Positions 48,210 to 63,494 of a stretch of DNA of 64,000 nt are shown here, piece by piece. The notes beneath the pieces are model-generated. The model did not search any database and was not told the origin of the DNA. It was given only the letters and a program-made list of their open reading frames with translations. The DNA is taken from assembly GCA_047967505.1 (NCBI GenBank), contig CM106538.1, one strand, 5' to 3'. Within the stretch, counting starts at the first letter, position 1. Every line of letters begins with the position of its first letter. The DNA comes from Dipteris shenzhenensis (Eukaryota). Both the position numbers and the translations under genes were made by a program.

Positions 48210-51200
48210 TGTCCTATCTTGTCAGACCATGCTCTGGGTGCTTGCTTCAAGCCATACAAGGCTTTCTTCAACCTGCAAACAAACTCAGGATGAACAGCAT
48301 GCACATAACCTGGTGGCTACTCCATATAGACCTCTTCTTGCAAATCACCATGCAAGAAGGCATTCTTTACATCCATCTAAAGTAAAGACCATCCCTTTGA
48401 TGCAGCCATAACAATGACTGCTCTTATGGTTGCCATCCTTGCAACCGAACTGAATGTTTCTTCATAATTAATGCCATATGTCTGTGCATACCCCTTGACA
48501 ACTAATCTTGCCTTGTATCTGTTCACAGAACCATCTGCATTGTGCTTCACCTTATAAACGCACTTGCAGCCAATTGCATTCTTGTCTATAGGCAAAGGCA
48601 CCAATTCCCATGTAGCATTTGCTTCCAAGGCATCCATTTCTTCATCCATGGCTTTCTCCCATTTTTCTTTTCCCATGGCTTACTCAAAAGAAGTGGGTAC
48701 TGATTCATGTATCACTTTGACCATATAGGCATAGTGAATGGCTGTAAATCCTATTAGATATCAATGCTCCACTCTCGTGTAACTACACGGGAACCAGCTA
48801 ACTCTACTTGTAAGCCCCCCATATGAGGAGAAGGCATTTGAGTAGCTCGGTTATCCAATAGGTCCTGGTTTGGACACCAGATGGGGGCCATGTGTGGCCT
48901 GATGGCTGGACGGCTTCAGATAGAGTTGGCACACTGCCAACTAGGCTACATGCAAGTGTGGGAAGGCATCCCATGACTGACCGCACTGAGGGTGGACGGA
49001 GCATTTCCCGAGGCAGCCCACTCTCGAGCTGCGAGGCCCGTTTGGAGCCCCAGATGATCCCGGATGGCTCTATTCTATGCCACGGTTCTAACGTGTGGTC
49101 GGTGGCCTCCAATCGGTCATTTTGGGTCGACTGGGTCGATCTCCCAATTGGGTCTAACCGACTACGACTGGTGGCTATATAAGAGCAAGCCCGTGAAGCC
49201 CATATATCACTGGCTACACCAATCCTAATTCCTTAGCATCCAGCCTCCAACCTCTACTGTTTCCATCGAAGCTTCTCACATAGGAGCGCATGGCTGGGAG
49301 GCAGTGCCAGCACAGATGTTGTATTGTTTTCTTACATGGTATCAGAGCTTGGGCTCTAGCAAGAAGATTTGGTAGTGTGTTTCTGTTTTTGCAAGCAGAT
49401 TGTGAGAGATGGCCCAGCCTGCAAGACTGCGAATCCCACCGTTCGACGAAAGCGAAAAGTTGGACAGCACTAACTATCCACTCTGGAAGTTCAAGATGAA
49501 GACCATCCTAAGCGCATACAAGCTTTGGCATACTGCTACTGGGGTGGACGTGAAGCCGATTGTGAGACTGAATCCAACCAATGCAAGACAACAAATAGTC
49601 CCAACTATAGATGATATGCTCGCATGGACAAGAAGAAATGTAGATGCACTATGTTCTATTGTCTGCAGTGTAAGTGATTCTGTCATGGCGTTAATTCAAC
49701 ATGTCACCATAGCGGAGGAGGCATGGACGGGGTCTTGAAAAATCAGTACGAGACCACAAATCAGACACAGATTCAAAATCTGGAGACTCAACTCGTGAAT
49801 GAGAAACTGTTTGAGTCTGAAATGGCAGAGAAGTTCATCACCAGGGTGAAGAATCTGTGCGATTATATGACTGCGATCTGCATCACCATCACCAGTGAGA
49901 ATCTAGCACGAAGGTGCATACGGATTCTCCCACCAAAGTACGATGGTCTTGTTACGGCACTGAATACGTAGAACAGAAATCTGCCCCTCAACTTTGAGAA
50001 TTTCAATGCAATGCTTCTGGAGGAGGAGATACGTCAAAAGATGAGGACCAGAGAATATTCGGCTTTCTGGGCTGGATCAAAGAAAGGTAAGGGTAAGGAC
50101 TCTGGTAACCCATCTTTTTTTTATGATAAAAAGAGAAAGAAGAAGATCAAGTGCTTCTATTGCAACAAGACAGGGCACAAGCAGAATGAGTGCCGGAAGA
50201 AGATTGTAGATGAGAAGAACAAAGTAAAGAACGAGTCCAGCAACAGCACACAGGCAGTACCAGTAGAGCTATTCGTAGCAATTGAGGAGATTTGCATGGA
50301 GGGAGTTCATGTACCTGCGGATGAACCTTGGATTATTGATAGTGCTGCATCGCGCCACATGACCAGTCCGAAGGATTGGTATACCTCTCTACATCCGGTA
50401 CGGAATGACATCCTGGTAGCAGTTGGCAATGATGTAAAATGTCTAGCAAAAGGAAAAGGTACGATTGCTCTCAAGTCAGATGGAGTTGTAAAACAGTTGT
50501 CCGATGTTCTTTATGTGCCACATATCAAGAGGAACTTGTTGTCCGTTTCTCCGATCATGGATCGGGACCTCAAAGTTCACTTCGATAAGAATGGCGCACA
50601 GATTTTGGATCTTCAAGGGAAGGTCATTGGTAAAGGTACACGGCGCAACAACATCTACGAACTCTCAGCTTTCAGTGCTCGAGCCGATGTGAGCAACACT
50701 AAGCTGTGGCATGAGAGGTTTGGTCATCTAAACCTTAGTTCTTTAAAGGAGATGTATAAAAGTGGAATGATTGCAGACCTACCAGAAATTATAGATCTAC
50801 CCGATGTATGTGAAGCTTGCATGATGGGCAAGCAGCATCGGCAGCCCTTTCCTAAAGAGGCCAATAGGTCATAATTTCCTCTAGAGCTTGTTCCCACAGA
50901 CCACTGTGGAAAGATGTAGACAGAACCTTTGGGTGGTTCCTACTACTTCATGATGCTGATCGACGACTACAGTAGAAGCATATGGATATACTTCATGAAG
51001 ACTAAAGATGAGGCTTTTCGTAAGTTCAAAGAATGGCATGTAATGGTCGGGAAAGACACGGGGAGGGAGGTGAAGAAGTTGAGATCAGACAGAGGTGGAG
51101 AGTTCACATCAAGTGAATTCAAAAACTACTACAAAAGTCATGGGATCAAGAGGCAAAAACCCCCGCCACATACAACACAGCAAAATGGAGTAGCAGAGCG

Positions 51201-54200
51201 CAAGATGTGCGTCATCTACGAAATGTGCAGGAGTATGATGAAAGGGAAAGATTGGCCAAAGACTTTCTGGGCTGAAGCATGTAACACGGCAGTTTACATT
51301 CTGAATCATAGCTACACGAAGGCTGTGAATGGGATGACTCCACTTCATGCCTTTTCTGGTAAGAAAACTTCAACTACACATTTCAGAGTTTTTGGATGTG
51401 ACTGTTTTGTGCATGTCCCTGATGCTAACAGGACCAAATGGGAACCGAAGAGCCAGAAGTGTATTTTCTTGGGCTACAGTGAAGAGGCGAAGGGTTACCG
51501 TCTCGATAATCCTATTAGCAAGAAGGTAATAGTAAGTCGGATGTGGTCTTCTCAGAACAGCCGCATCAATTGGAGGAGGATGCTTCCTTCCCAGATAACC
51601 AGGACCAGGATATCCATCTAGTACAACCACCAACAGCAGACCGAACTCCCCCAATGGTGCTTGGGAGGATTCAAGATAAAGAAGAGGAAGAAGAGCCTGT
51701 AGAACCACAAGGGCAATGGCCATTCCTGAAGTGGGTAAAGCAGCTTTCGGACGGCAGAGAACCTCTAGCGATTGAGGAGGAACCATCCAAACACCGCTGG
51801 TCCAAGAGATTAGAGGAGCAAAGAAGGGTGCAAGAACACTTGGTCAACTACGCTTTGATGACAGAGGTGATCTGTGCTGAAGAACCCAAGTGTCTTGAAG
51901 AGGCACAGGGTGATGATAGGTGGATGGAGGCTATGCAGTCGGAGTATGGCTCCATAATGAAAAACAACACTTGGGACCTTGTGGATCGACCACCAAAACG
52001 CAAGGTAATCGGCACCAAGTGGGTGTACAAGACCAAGTACAAGTCCGATAGCACGTTGGATAAGTACAAGGCTCTCGGCTCGTGGCAAACGGATTCGCAC
52101 AGGTACATGGTTTTGATTATCAAGATACTTTTGCTCCCACAGCTCGACTAACCGCAATTCGCACTGTTTTGGCTTCACCAGCACAGGAAAGTTGGCCCGT
52201 GTTTTAGATGGATGTAAAATCCGCCTTTTTAAATGGAGATCTCAAGATGGAGGTATACGTGGAACAACCACTAGGTTTTGTGATCCCCGATTCAGAAGGT
52301 AAAGTCTGTAAACTGAAGAAGGCACTTTACGAACTAAAACAGGCCCCACAAGCATGGTACCAACGGATTGATGCCTACTTTTTGCAAAACGGGTTCAGGA
52401 GGAGTCCATCTGATGCAAATTTGTATATCTACAGAGAAGGAGGCAGGTGTATGATCGTGGTCCTTTATGTGGACGACCTTGTCATAACAGGGAACCATGA
52501 AGAAAAGATCTCGCAGACAAAGCAATTGCTTAGAAAGAGAGTTTGAAATGACAGACCTCGGACTGATGCATTTCTGTTTGGGAATTGAAGTTTGGCAAGA
52601 GCCAAAACATATCTTCATCTCACAGTTGCAGTATGCTAGAGAGATACTGAAGGCATTTGGCATGGCTGAGTGCAAGACAGTTGGCACCCCTATGGAGGTT
52701 GACGTGAAGCTCTCAAATGAGGATTCATCACCTCTAGTGGACGAAGCGAAGTACAGAAGGCTTGTTGGCAGTTTGATTTACTTGTGCAACACACGGTCGG
52801 ACATCAGTTTTGCGACTGGTGTACTAAGCAAGTTTTCCAATAAGCCCCGAGAGAACCATTGGAGGGTAGGGATGCAGGTGCTGAAATACATCAAAGGCAC
52901 ACTTGATTATGGCATCACCTATACCAAGGGCAACATCTTGATTGGATTTTGTGACTCGGATTGGGCAGGAGACGTGGACAACAGGAGATAAGTGACAAGT
53001 TACTGTTTCTCACTTGGATCTGGAGTTGTATCATGGGTCAGTAAGAAGCAACCTACAGTTGCTCTTTCTTCTACCGAGGCTGAGTAAAATCAGCATGTTT
53101 TGCTTCTTGTAAGGCAGTGTGGTTGAGGAGGATTTTAGGGGACATGGGTGCAAGTGCAAAACAAGCCTACGCAGTTATCATGTGACAATTAGAGTTGCAT
53201 GGCAATTGCAAAGAACCCTGCATTCCACGCTCGCACAAAACACATTGACATTCAATATCACTTTGTACGCGAGCTCATCATGGATGGAGAGGTCGACTTG
53301 GTGTACTGTCCGACTACATAGAATGCTGCGGACATCTACATGAAGGCTCTTGGAAGAGACTTGCTGGAGAGGCATCTTCATCGACTTGGCATTGGGATGA
53401 AAAAGTAAGTTCACTTGCGAGTGGACATTGAGGGGGGGTGTTAGACATCAATGCTCCACTCTCGTGTAACTACGTGGGAACTAGCTAACTCCCATATGAG
53501 GAGAAGACATTTGAGTAGCTCGGTTATCCGATAGGTCCTAGTTTGGACACCAAATGGGGGCCATGTGTAGCCTGATGGCTGGACGGCTTCAGATAGAGTT
53601 GGCACACTGCCAACTAGGCTACATGCAAGTGCAAGAAGGCATCCCATGACTGGACTGCATTGAGGGTAGACGGAGCATTTCTTGGGGCAGCCCACTCTCG
53701 GGCTATGGGGCCCGCCATTTGGAGCCCCAAATGATCTCGCATGGCTCTATTTTGCACCACGGTTCTAACGTGTGGTCGGTGGCCTATTTCGAGACCGAAC
53801 TCCAATCGGCCATTTTGGGTGGACTGGGTCGGTCTCCCAATTGGGTCTAACCGACTATGACTGGTAGCTATATAAGAGCAAGCCCGTGAAGCCCATATTC
53901 ATCACTGGCTAGAGCAACCCTGATTCCTTATAATCTAGCCTCCGTTCTCTACTGTTTCTAGCACGCCATCGAAGCTTCTCACACAGGAGCGCACGGCTGG
54001 GAGGTAGCGCCATCTATTGTATCAGTTTTACAGTAATCAAAATTTTGATTCTCCATACTATCTACTTTTCTCTCTTGCATACGAGATCCTGTTATCTGTT
54101 GAGCAGAGACGTTGTATTATTTTCTTACAAATCCATCATATTTCAGCCTATCCACAGGATACTTAACTCTGGTAGACCTGCGCAAAATAGGCTCACTACC

Positions 54201-57200
54201 AGCTGCTCTCAAAAGATCCCTTGTGTTCCTTACTGCAGGTGTAACAACAGAAGGAATACCCAACTCATCATCAAGGATCTGTTCTGAGCCACTCGATTCA
54301 CCATCCACATAAGAATGACCTGCATTCACATCAAACATGGGCTGATCTACTTTCTCTTTTCCTTTTTGTAATACTTGCATACCACTATCTGCATTGCTTT
54401 GAGGAGATCCTCCTGATCTCAATCTACCTATCCATGGCGAAGTATGTGAACCAATGCTAGAGGACACTACAGGTCCACTAATATTTTGTGATTGCTGTTG
54501 TGAATTCTGTGCATTATTACCATTTTGTGCATCTACATCATCAATCACATTTATTGGTTTATACCAATTGCTCATCTCATAAAAAACAACATCTCTGCTT
54601 ACTGTAAACTTACGAGTAGAAGGGTTATAGCATCTATACCCTTTCTGCTGCAAAGAATAACCAATAAAGATGCACTTCTCAGCTTTTGATCCAACTTGGA
54701 TCTCAACTTGGCACATGAACATAGGCAATGCAACCAAAAACTTTCAAATGAGAAATATCTAGTTTCCTACTAGTATACCTCTCCTCTAGCGTCATGCCAT
54801 GTATTGCTGCAGTGGGAGTCCTGTTCATTATGTAGACTGTTGTAGCAACTGCTTCAGCCCAATAATAGTCTGGCAGGTCTTTTTCATTGAGCATGGCACG
54901 AGATACCTCTCCAATATGCCTGTTTTTCCTTTCTGCAAGTCCATTTTGCTGTGGGGTATGACTGCATGAATATTGTTGCTTTATGCCATGCTCCTGCACG
55001 AACCTTGCAAACTCATTTGAGAGGTACTCTCCCCCTCCATTTGACCTTAGGCATTTTATTTACAGGCCTGTTTCTTTCTCAACCATATCTTTAAAAGCTT
55101 TGAAATGCCCAAACACTTCACTTTTCTTTTTCATAAAATACACCCAAACTTTTCTGCTGTAGTCATCAATAAAAGTGACAAAATAATGACAGCCTCCAAT
55201 AGATGCAGCTTTAGTAGTCCACACATCAGAGTGGATTAATTCCAATGGCCTCTTACTGTCTTGAACATGTCTAGGAAATGGTTTCCTTGCCTGTTTTCCA
55301 AATTGACAGGCTTCACATACCTTATGCATTTCTGCAACCTTGAACTTAGGAAAAATCCTGCAACAATATTTTGGGCCTGCATTAATTTAAGTCGATATAC
55401 ATTAACATGACCAATGCGTTTATGCCAAATATCAATATCTACAACTACACCGGTCCCATGTCCGAACATTGCTGTACTCAATTCAAGCATGTCCGCGTCC
55501 AACGTAAACATCCTGCCCTTCTTCTTCCCTTTTGTTGTCAAGCGACCTTTATTTTTCATATCCTCAACAAAGCATCCATGAGGATTAAATCTGACCTGCA
55601 AGCCCTGCTCAACCATTTGACCAATAGAAACCAGGTTCTTGGTGATATTCGGGACATGAAATAAATCAAACAGGTATTTCTTTTTCCCATCCTGCATAGA
55701 CAAAGGAATTTTACCAATCTGCACAATAGGATGTACAGTATCATCACCAGTCTCCACAAATCCTGGTCTTTCCATTTTCCTTACATCTTGCATCCATTCT
55801 GCATGACCTCTCATGTGGTTTGATGCACTTGAGTCAACATACCATAGATCATTGCTTTCTTCTGCACTTGTCACAGAATTGGTCATGTGCTGCACCATAA
55901 ACAAATGCTCATTTTTGTCATCACCTTGTCTACTAGAGGATGCATAATTGCCTTGCTGCAATTTTCCAGTCATGATGTCATTCTGCTTTTTAGAGCAATC
56001 TTTAACCATATGACCCATTTTACCACAATAGTAGCATTCAACATTGCTGTTTGCATTTTGGCCTCTCTACCATCCACCACGACCTCTTTAGCTCCCCCTC
56101 CCTCTAATGTTACCACTTCCTCCTCCATAGGACTAGTTTTCTTAAATTTGGTGCATATACTGAATTTTGCCACGGCCTCCAGATCAGCCTACTCTACCTC
56201 TGCCTCTACCTCTTCCAGCATTTGAGTAGAAGACAGTTTCTTTTGAAGTTCCTCTTGAAGAAGATGCACCACCATTTCTCTGCTCTTCACAAATTAAAAG
56301 AGTAATAAACTCCTCAAAACTAGGAAAATTCTCCCGGATAGCAATGGATGTATGGAATTGTGCATAATTCTCTCCTAGACCATGCAAGATCACAGAAACT
56401 AAATCATCATCTTCCACTAGCGACCCAATAGAAGCAAGTGCATCTGCAATCTTCTTCACCTTCATGTGGTAGTCATTAATGCTCATATTTTCTCTCTGCA
56501 CATTATGCAACTCCTGCTTGAGCTGCATTTTCCTCACTTGCATATTTGTGCTATGCATTTTTGTCAAAGTATCCCACGCCTCCTTCGGCGTGCTTGCATC
56601 CTGAATATGCACAATCATAGAATCTAAAATACTGATAGATAGCTAGTACATAACTTTTCTGGCTCTCTCATGCCTATCTTTAAATGCTTGCAACTCATGT
56701 TGATTGGGAACATTAGGAATAACTGGTTCTTGTTCAGCTCCAGTAATGAACTCCCAATAGCCTTTTCCCTTTATTAAATTCATCATTCTAAACTTCCATG
56801 ATTGGAAGTTGCTCTTGTCAAGCTTTTCAGTGACTATGTGTGAAAGAGCATCAGACGCCATTACAAAACACTGCAAAAATATTCTGTCATTGCAAAAAAC
56901 ACAACTTCTGCCTCACAAGGGCAAATTTGCAAAACTGACGAAAGTGGTATTTGACCACACATTCACTTCCTAGTGACGATTTTGCATCAACAGGCATAAG
57001 AATGATTCTGTTACTCCCAATATCTCTATGCACAGGCATACGAGCAATTTCTGCAGTAACTTTTCACTGACCTGCGGAACAGTGGTCGCACAGTAAAAAA
57101 TAGGGCACTTTTCTAAGTGCCTGCGGAAAACTTCCGCCACTAAAATGGCCTCTAATTAAAAAAATAATGTCACCGAGGGCTTCGCCTGATCCCGCAGCAT

Positions 57201-57661
57201 ACTGCCCTCTCGCCATACCACGAAGGCATCCCAATCTGAGACAGTGCACTCTTGCACTTTTTGACTGTACTAGCTATAGAGATTTGCTCCCAAACTTGAA
57301 AAAGAAAGCAACACTGATCCTCTTACCAAGACACCGTGAACTTGGTTTGCTTTCTTGAGCTCCTTACCACAAACCAAGCTCTAATACCATGTGAAGAGAG
57401 TGGGAGAGAAGTAAGGAGTCTCACTTGCAGCTTTCTCACATACACAATGGGGGAATTCACACAAAGGTGGAGGTTGAAAACAGTTTTCCTCTTCTTAGTT
57501 GTGAAAGCCAAAAGAACTCTCTCTCAGTACAAAAGGAATAGGTGAACCCTATATGTGGGTCACAAACCAAACTCAGCTAACCTAGGTGGCATACTAACTA
57601 AGCCACTAACTAGAGTACATAAAAATAGCTGTCATCGAGCTATTATTCATGGGCAGTGTAC
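48210..57661 (-). mobile_element. Ty1/Copia element A2 (same family as A1), truncated at both ends and interrupted by C2
   Basis: Partial 5' LTR 57390-57661 matches the A1 LTR. PBS at 57378-57389; gag 56170-56860; knuckle CYYCGKMGHMVKDC; protease WYVDSSASNHM; integrase ELIHSDVW/TPQQNGLAER at 54600-55330; RT start 48210-48750. Frameshifted. Confidence 0.95.
48752..54129 (+). mobile_element. Full-length but pseudogenised Ty1/Copia element C2
   Basis: 5' LTR 48752-49336 (TA...CA), PBS 49337-49348, PPT 53430-53438, 3' LTR 53439-54129. TSD AATCC at 48747-48751 and 54130-54134. Domain order gag-CCHC-PR (WIIDSAASRHM)-INT-RT (YVDDL)-RNase H, with stops and frameshifts. Confidence 0.97.
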
Positions 57662-59768
57662 TGGGCCTGCACTGGCTTGTTTACATCCGAATATGGGGGC
57701 ATACTAGGATTGTCTTGATAAGGGGCTCATCCGGATGTAGAGGAGGTGGCGAGGGTGGCTGTCTCCTCATTTGAACTATTATGGATAAGCACTTGATTCA
57801 TTACTTTGCCCACCCTGGTGACCTTCTTGGACTTTGTCTGCGGGGGCTAGGGTGACTTGGGAAGCACCAAATGCTTAACATATTTTTTCAAATTGATCCA
57901 CATGGGAGTCCGGATATCCTTCCCCAAGAAATTTAGTTATTAGCTTGGATATGGCTATGGTCGAGACTCCTAGAGGATTGGTGATCCCTAGGAGAAATAC
58001 GGGTATAGATGGGGGTGGAGAATCCCCTGTTCCTAGTGCATCCATGAGGATACGCATCACCTCATTTGATAGCATTGTTTGGGAAGCTTTTGGAGGCGGC
58101 ACTGTTGTGGGCCTAATAGGGCGAGAGGCAGCCTTAAGCCTTTTCCAAGTAGCAGGGTCCGAATTTGCGGTATCGGTACCAATGTTGGGTCTGTTTAGCC
58201 TGCTCACCCGTACATCGCAGCAATAACTATGGGAGTATAATGTTGGGCTTTTGGAGGAAGCAGGTTACCAGGCATTTGCATGGACACTCCTTGCATTGGT
58301 CTGTAAGGTAGAACTTGCAAGGGCATATAGCCAGCAAATGTTGGGGGCACATGGAAGGTTGGAGGTTCATGAGAGTTTCCCCCTTGGAAATCCTATGAGT
58401 TTCCAAGTCCAGGGTTTTGTCTTGCAAAGTCCCTCATCCATGGTTCTTCATCTTCCATGCGCTCCGAGTCAGGGTGCCCCGTGAAGACAGTGGGTCCGGA
58501 GTCCACAAAGACGGCCTCAGTCCCTGCATGTGGCTCAAGGACTGGGTGTCGTTGGCCTCCTCTTTCCATGGGCATGCTAACAAAAGGGTTCTCCATTTCT
58601 GCTGAATTCGATTGGCCTAACCATGGAAGGAGCAGGGGCATGAGGTGGAGCTATGCTACTATAGGGGGCTTCAGAATGCCTTGGGCCAGTGGGTTCTTGC
58701 ATTTACTCGTTCAAGCTCTCGATATCGTCTGTACTAGAGGGATCACTACGTTGGGGCCCTAACACTGAGTGAGAGCTAGGGATTCCACTCCCTATTGGAA
58801 AACTTGGGTGAAAGGTAGGTTGCAAGTAGTTTGAAATGTTGTCCTTGGGCTCCAGCTCCTTGGACAAAATTCTCTTGGACCTCAAGTGCATGTATGAGAT
58901 CACTGCAAGGGTACACCCTGCTTCAAATTTAGTTCTATATTTTTTGGGGTCATAGAATCTTTTCTCAAAGCTATCCCTCTAGTTGAAGGGTTAGATATAT
59001 GCCTATAGGTCGTAGGGACAATCTTAAGGAGATGATCAATGGGATAGCTATTGACACATGTTAGCAGGTTAGGTTGAGGTTGGTATGCCTTTGAGTCGGT
59101 GGGTTAGTGTTAAAGCAACGGGCATCGGGATATTCAAGTCGATGGGACGTGAGTATGGCAATGATCATGGGGTTAGCAATAAATTAATGGGCGATGGGAT
59201 GGCTTGCCTCGGAGGGATAGTAGGATGGCACCGATTGGAGGGTTAGTTGTAGGCCAATGTATCATAGGGATAGTCTTAAGGCATTGGGTCCACTCATGTC
59301 AGGTCGGGGAGATAGCAAACCCTTACACATCATAAATAAGGCAATGGGTTAGGTGATTGACATGGGTCAGGTGGGTAGGATGGAGCTAAGGCTACAGGTC
59401 ATGGGGATAGCGAGCTAAGGCAGTAGGTATTGGGGATAGGAATTGTCTGGGAACACGCCATTTTGTCGACTCTCTTCTAATGATTCCTGGTGGTTGTCCA
59501 AGTTTTGTTCCAAGTTTGTATGCATGGGGTGGTTATTAAGGAACTTAACTACCTACCATAAACAAAAAACATCACAAAACAATAACTTTTGGCACACAAA
59601 CACAATCTCAATCTCAACACATGAGCAAGCAAATCTCAATCTCAGCACATGAGCAAGAAGAGAGCTTGTAGTTCTCAAAGCTTGCATATAACAATAAAGA
59701 CCAAAGTCAACCACTTGGCCTTTTATACAAGTCACGTTTTGAAGGGAGGGCCAGCTCTATTCCTTGTA

Positions 59769-59831
<63 letters not shown>

Positions 59832-60100
59832 ACAACCACTTGGGCCCATATGGTGCCAAGGCAAATGCTAAGTCTCACAACCTTCCCTCTATCTTCAAAT
59901 GGCTCTTGTGTTATCCATATATGGGATCCTAATGGCTCTTGTGTTATTCTTGTCAATTTTGGCAATCTCGACGACTACCTTGATCCTGAGCCATTTGTGG
60001 CTCAAAATCCAAAGGGGTTGGGTGGACAAATTTTGTCAACATGCTCAATGGCTATTGACATATTCACACAATGGGAGTTGAATTTTTAAATGGTAGCCTC
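57662..60100 (-). mobile_element. Gypsy (Tat/Ogre-like) 5' part: probable LTR from 59464 rightwards, PBS-like site, leader and gag start
   Basis: Minus strand ...GAGTCGACA AAA TGGCGTGTTCCC (LTR end plus TGGCG PBS start) at ~59449-59472; TATA-like GTATAAAAGG at ~59720; (CT)n at 59772-59828; gag-like MHLRSKR and ISKLITKFLGEGYPDSHVDQFEKIC. Confidence 0.55.
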
Positions 60101-60379
60101 CACACATGCTAACCCTTGCCGTCACCTTTGCGAAGACTTATGGCCACTTTTATAACCTCAAGATATTGGACTGCCACATCTGAGATGTCGGCTTGATTTT
60201 GATTTCCAACCAGATCTGAACCGTCGGACTCAACTCCGACAAACTCTGATTTGTCGGATCCATTCTGAGTTGATTCGGCTATTTTTGACCTATCAGATTT
60301 ATTACGCTGATCGAGAGAAGGCTTCAGTCGGAATCCATTTATGGGTTTGGGTAGAACAAAACTATGCATATCCCTCGAT

Positions 60380-61160
60380 TTGAATGTCCCCTGGAACTCC
60401 ATCAGAATGATGGCTTTTAATCCATAGATGAGTCAGAACGGTGTAATCCCTGTGATGACTTTGTATGCTATCGGGAATGCCCACAAAGTTGAGTCAAGTT
60501 TGGTATCACAGTCCTTCTTATTTTTCAACACTGTCATTTTCAAAATGCATTTGATTGTTTTATTGGTGCTTTCTGCCTGCCCATTTCATTGTGGGTGATA
60601 AGATGCCAATTTGTGTACAATCATGTGAATTGTTGTTAGTTTCTTCACTACCCTCCCTAAGAAGTGGCCTCCTTGATCCAATACCAATTCAATCAGACAT
60701 CTGAACTAAGTTGTGATCTTCTTATATATGTTCGAACTTTGCCTTACTGCATTAGGAGTTATCTCTGAGTGCTTGTGCCTCAACCCACTTGGTGCAGTAA
60801 TATGTTGCTACCAAAATGTACCGATTCCTTGTGATTTGTGCCATAGGCTTTGTCAGATGACCTACGAAATCTAATCCCCATTTGATTGAGTGGAAGGATG
60901 GGATTTAAAGGTAGCCGGTGGTCCGGATCAATAGGTTGTCCATCTCTGTTGGCAATACCAACACTTGGCTGCAAACTCATGAGAGACCTTCAACATCGTC
61001 GACCACCAAAGTCCAGCCTGAAAACTTTTCTATTGTGTGATCTCACTGGCAAAATATCTGGCTAATGACCCATGATGAGCTTCTTGTAACACTACATGTT
61101 TCTCATGTTATGGGACACAATGTCAGATCACCTGGTCAATTTCGTGCTTGTACAATGCTC
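60380..61160 (-). mobile_element. Ty3/Gypsy integrase remnant
   Basis: VLQEAHHG...AGLWWSTM...CWYCQ (HHCC zinc finger), YHPQ*NGQAESTNK and LWAFPIAYKVITGITPF*LIYG. Confidence 0.8.
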
Positions 61161-63494
61161 TTGCGTGCACACTGATTTTCACTGGTTGTTGCAATTTTTG
61201 GGTCATCCCGAGGTCCATCCCGAGGTCCAACTCCTCCAAATCATCTTCATTTACTCTTGATGTTCATTTCATTTGGTCCTCATATGCTTCCAAAGCTTCT
61301 TTTATCACATATTCATTCCATTTTTGTTGTGCAGAGCTGTCCTCCACTTCTTTTTCAAATTTCGAGTCCGTGACCATTTTGTCAGCTTTTTCCAGACCTT
61401 GGTGGGCCTCTCTCCTGAAACCTAGCTTCTTTTATCACATGTTTATTCCATTTTTGTTGTGCAAAGCTGTCCTCCACTTCTTTTTTAAATTTCGAGTCCG
61501 TGACCATTTTGTCAAACTTTTTCCAGACCTTGGTGGGTTTTTCTCCTGAAACCTGACATACCTAGATTGGTTCTGCTATGTACTCATGCACAATGCACAA
61601 TGTGAGGTGTGTGGGATCTAGCTGCAAAATTTCTATGGGGAGCATGGTAGCATTAAAGACAGAGATGGCTTCCTGCCCTTCCTCCTCAGTGATATCTTCG
61701 GGGTATGCTATATGAATTATTTCAAAATTGCTGACCAAGGACTCAAGTGAGTCATGGAGAGCTTGTAGCACCCTATTGAACAAAATGATGATGCTGAGGG
61801 GGTGGTAGGTTGTGGAGTGATAGGCAGTTAAATGCCCTTTAGTTTGAAGTGCGGAAGCCCGGCCATAGGTCTGCATCCATTTGATGTCGGCTTGGATGCT
61901 TTTAGGAGTACAGACCCATGGGCTCAATTTGTCGGACTTGGCTAGTTGTATCAGGTCATCATCATATGCATAATTGGTGGACTCGATAACTACTCGACCC
62001 CACTCCTAAAAGTTTAAGAGAATGGGGTGCGTAGCTAAGGATTGAAGGTCGAAGGGGCGGATGAGGGTAGGCTGGCAGGTAAAGCTCAAGGGAGAAGTAC
62101 GACATGGTGAGAAGGGAGTGGCACTGGTCAAGATTACGGCAGAGGATGGTTGGGAGGGTGTTGGGTGGGAGGGGGTGGTGAGATCGATGTGGAAGATGAG
62201 GTTTTGTGCACAGAGGGCAATGAAGTGCATCTAAAGTGTTTGGGGGATGGTGCGTGGGGATTATGCGTAGGTGGTGAGTTGTGCAGAGACCTCCCTGTAC
62301 ATTGTGAACTTTTGCTACTCCTTGTCTTCCAGCATGGACTCCTATGGGCATCGAGAGTTACGAAGATGTTCATTTTTTGCTTGCAAAGTGACTGGGAGGG
62401 CTTGCTCCTGTGCGAGGTAGTCGTGAATTTCTTGGATTTATCGGTCAACCTTTCCTCAACCTATGTTCGTCTCACTATTCTGCAATTTTGAGGCTTGGTT
62501 TTGCCTTGTCCAGCTGGTCCATCATGGTCTCCATCATGGTTTGAACCAGGGATTCACTAGCAGAGAGCTCATCCTTGAGCTTTGTAACAATGACCTCCAA
62601 GCCTTCGATCTTGACCTTGTACTCCTCTACTTTGCTGAGGGCAGTTTGCCCGGTAGCTTGCACGAGGACCCTTGCACGAGGACCATGAGGGTGTGGCTAT
62701 TGCGTACCCTGACTGGTGCTTGTAGTAGAGAGGAGGACAGTTGGGAGGCGTGTTCTTGCCTCTCTTGCAAAATTGTGCGCAGTACTTGAGGGAGTTGGGC
62801 CATTGCATCCAGCAGTTGGAGGTGTATGTTTTCTGCCTTTGATAACTATTTGACTGGCATGTCAGTGTATCCCCAACGTGTCCAGTGCTTAGGTGCATTG
62901 AAATACTATAGGGCTTATGTGAGCCTGGTCCATGGAGAAGAGGAAGAGCCTATAACAAAAGAAGATGCCTCTTGGTGCTATACTATGGTGGTGCCTGTTG
63001 TCTAAGGAGCAGAGGGGGTGGGGGGAATACTTGTTGCTGCATCAGGGTAGAGGCCAATATTTACTGTGTGTTCCCTTGGAAACATTTCCATGTCAATGGG
63101 GTCCTGGATTGTTGCTTTTCCTTTAGATTGACCGTTTGCGGCCTTGAGGCATCTTTGTCTCTCTAGGTATTCCTACAATTGATGGTCCTCATATTGCTCC
63201 CTTGGTTGGTTGTCGAGTGGCTGGTAGGCAGGGAATCTTGGTGGGGTCGCCGCACTTGGATCACTTTTAAGCAATTTGGGGTCGGCCACCATCGTCTCTT
63301 CATTTCGTTTGAACAGGTTCTATGGCTTCTTTGTTGGCAAGCCTGTATTTGATTGGCGGTTGCTGTGCCAACATGTGGTATAACTCATTCGGTTGCCCAG
63401 GACATTGCCATGTGTCTTTAGGTCCTCCCTCATCTGGGTATAGAGATAATCAGCCCAGTTGATGAGACCTGGGGCTCTACTAGCCTCGCAAGGA

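Noticed and set aside
34670-54140. Sequence-specific targeting of family C into family A
   Set aside because: Shared 5'-LTR-specific indel and shared premature stop favour duplication of a single insertion.
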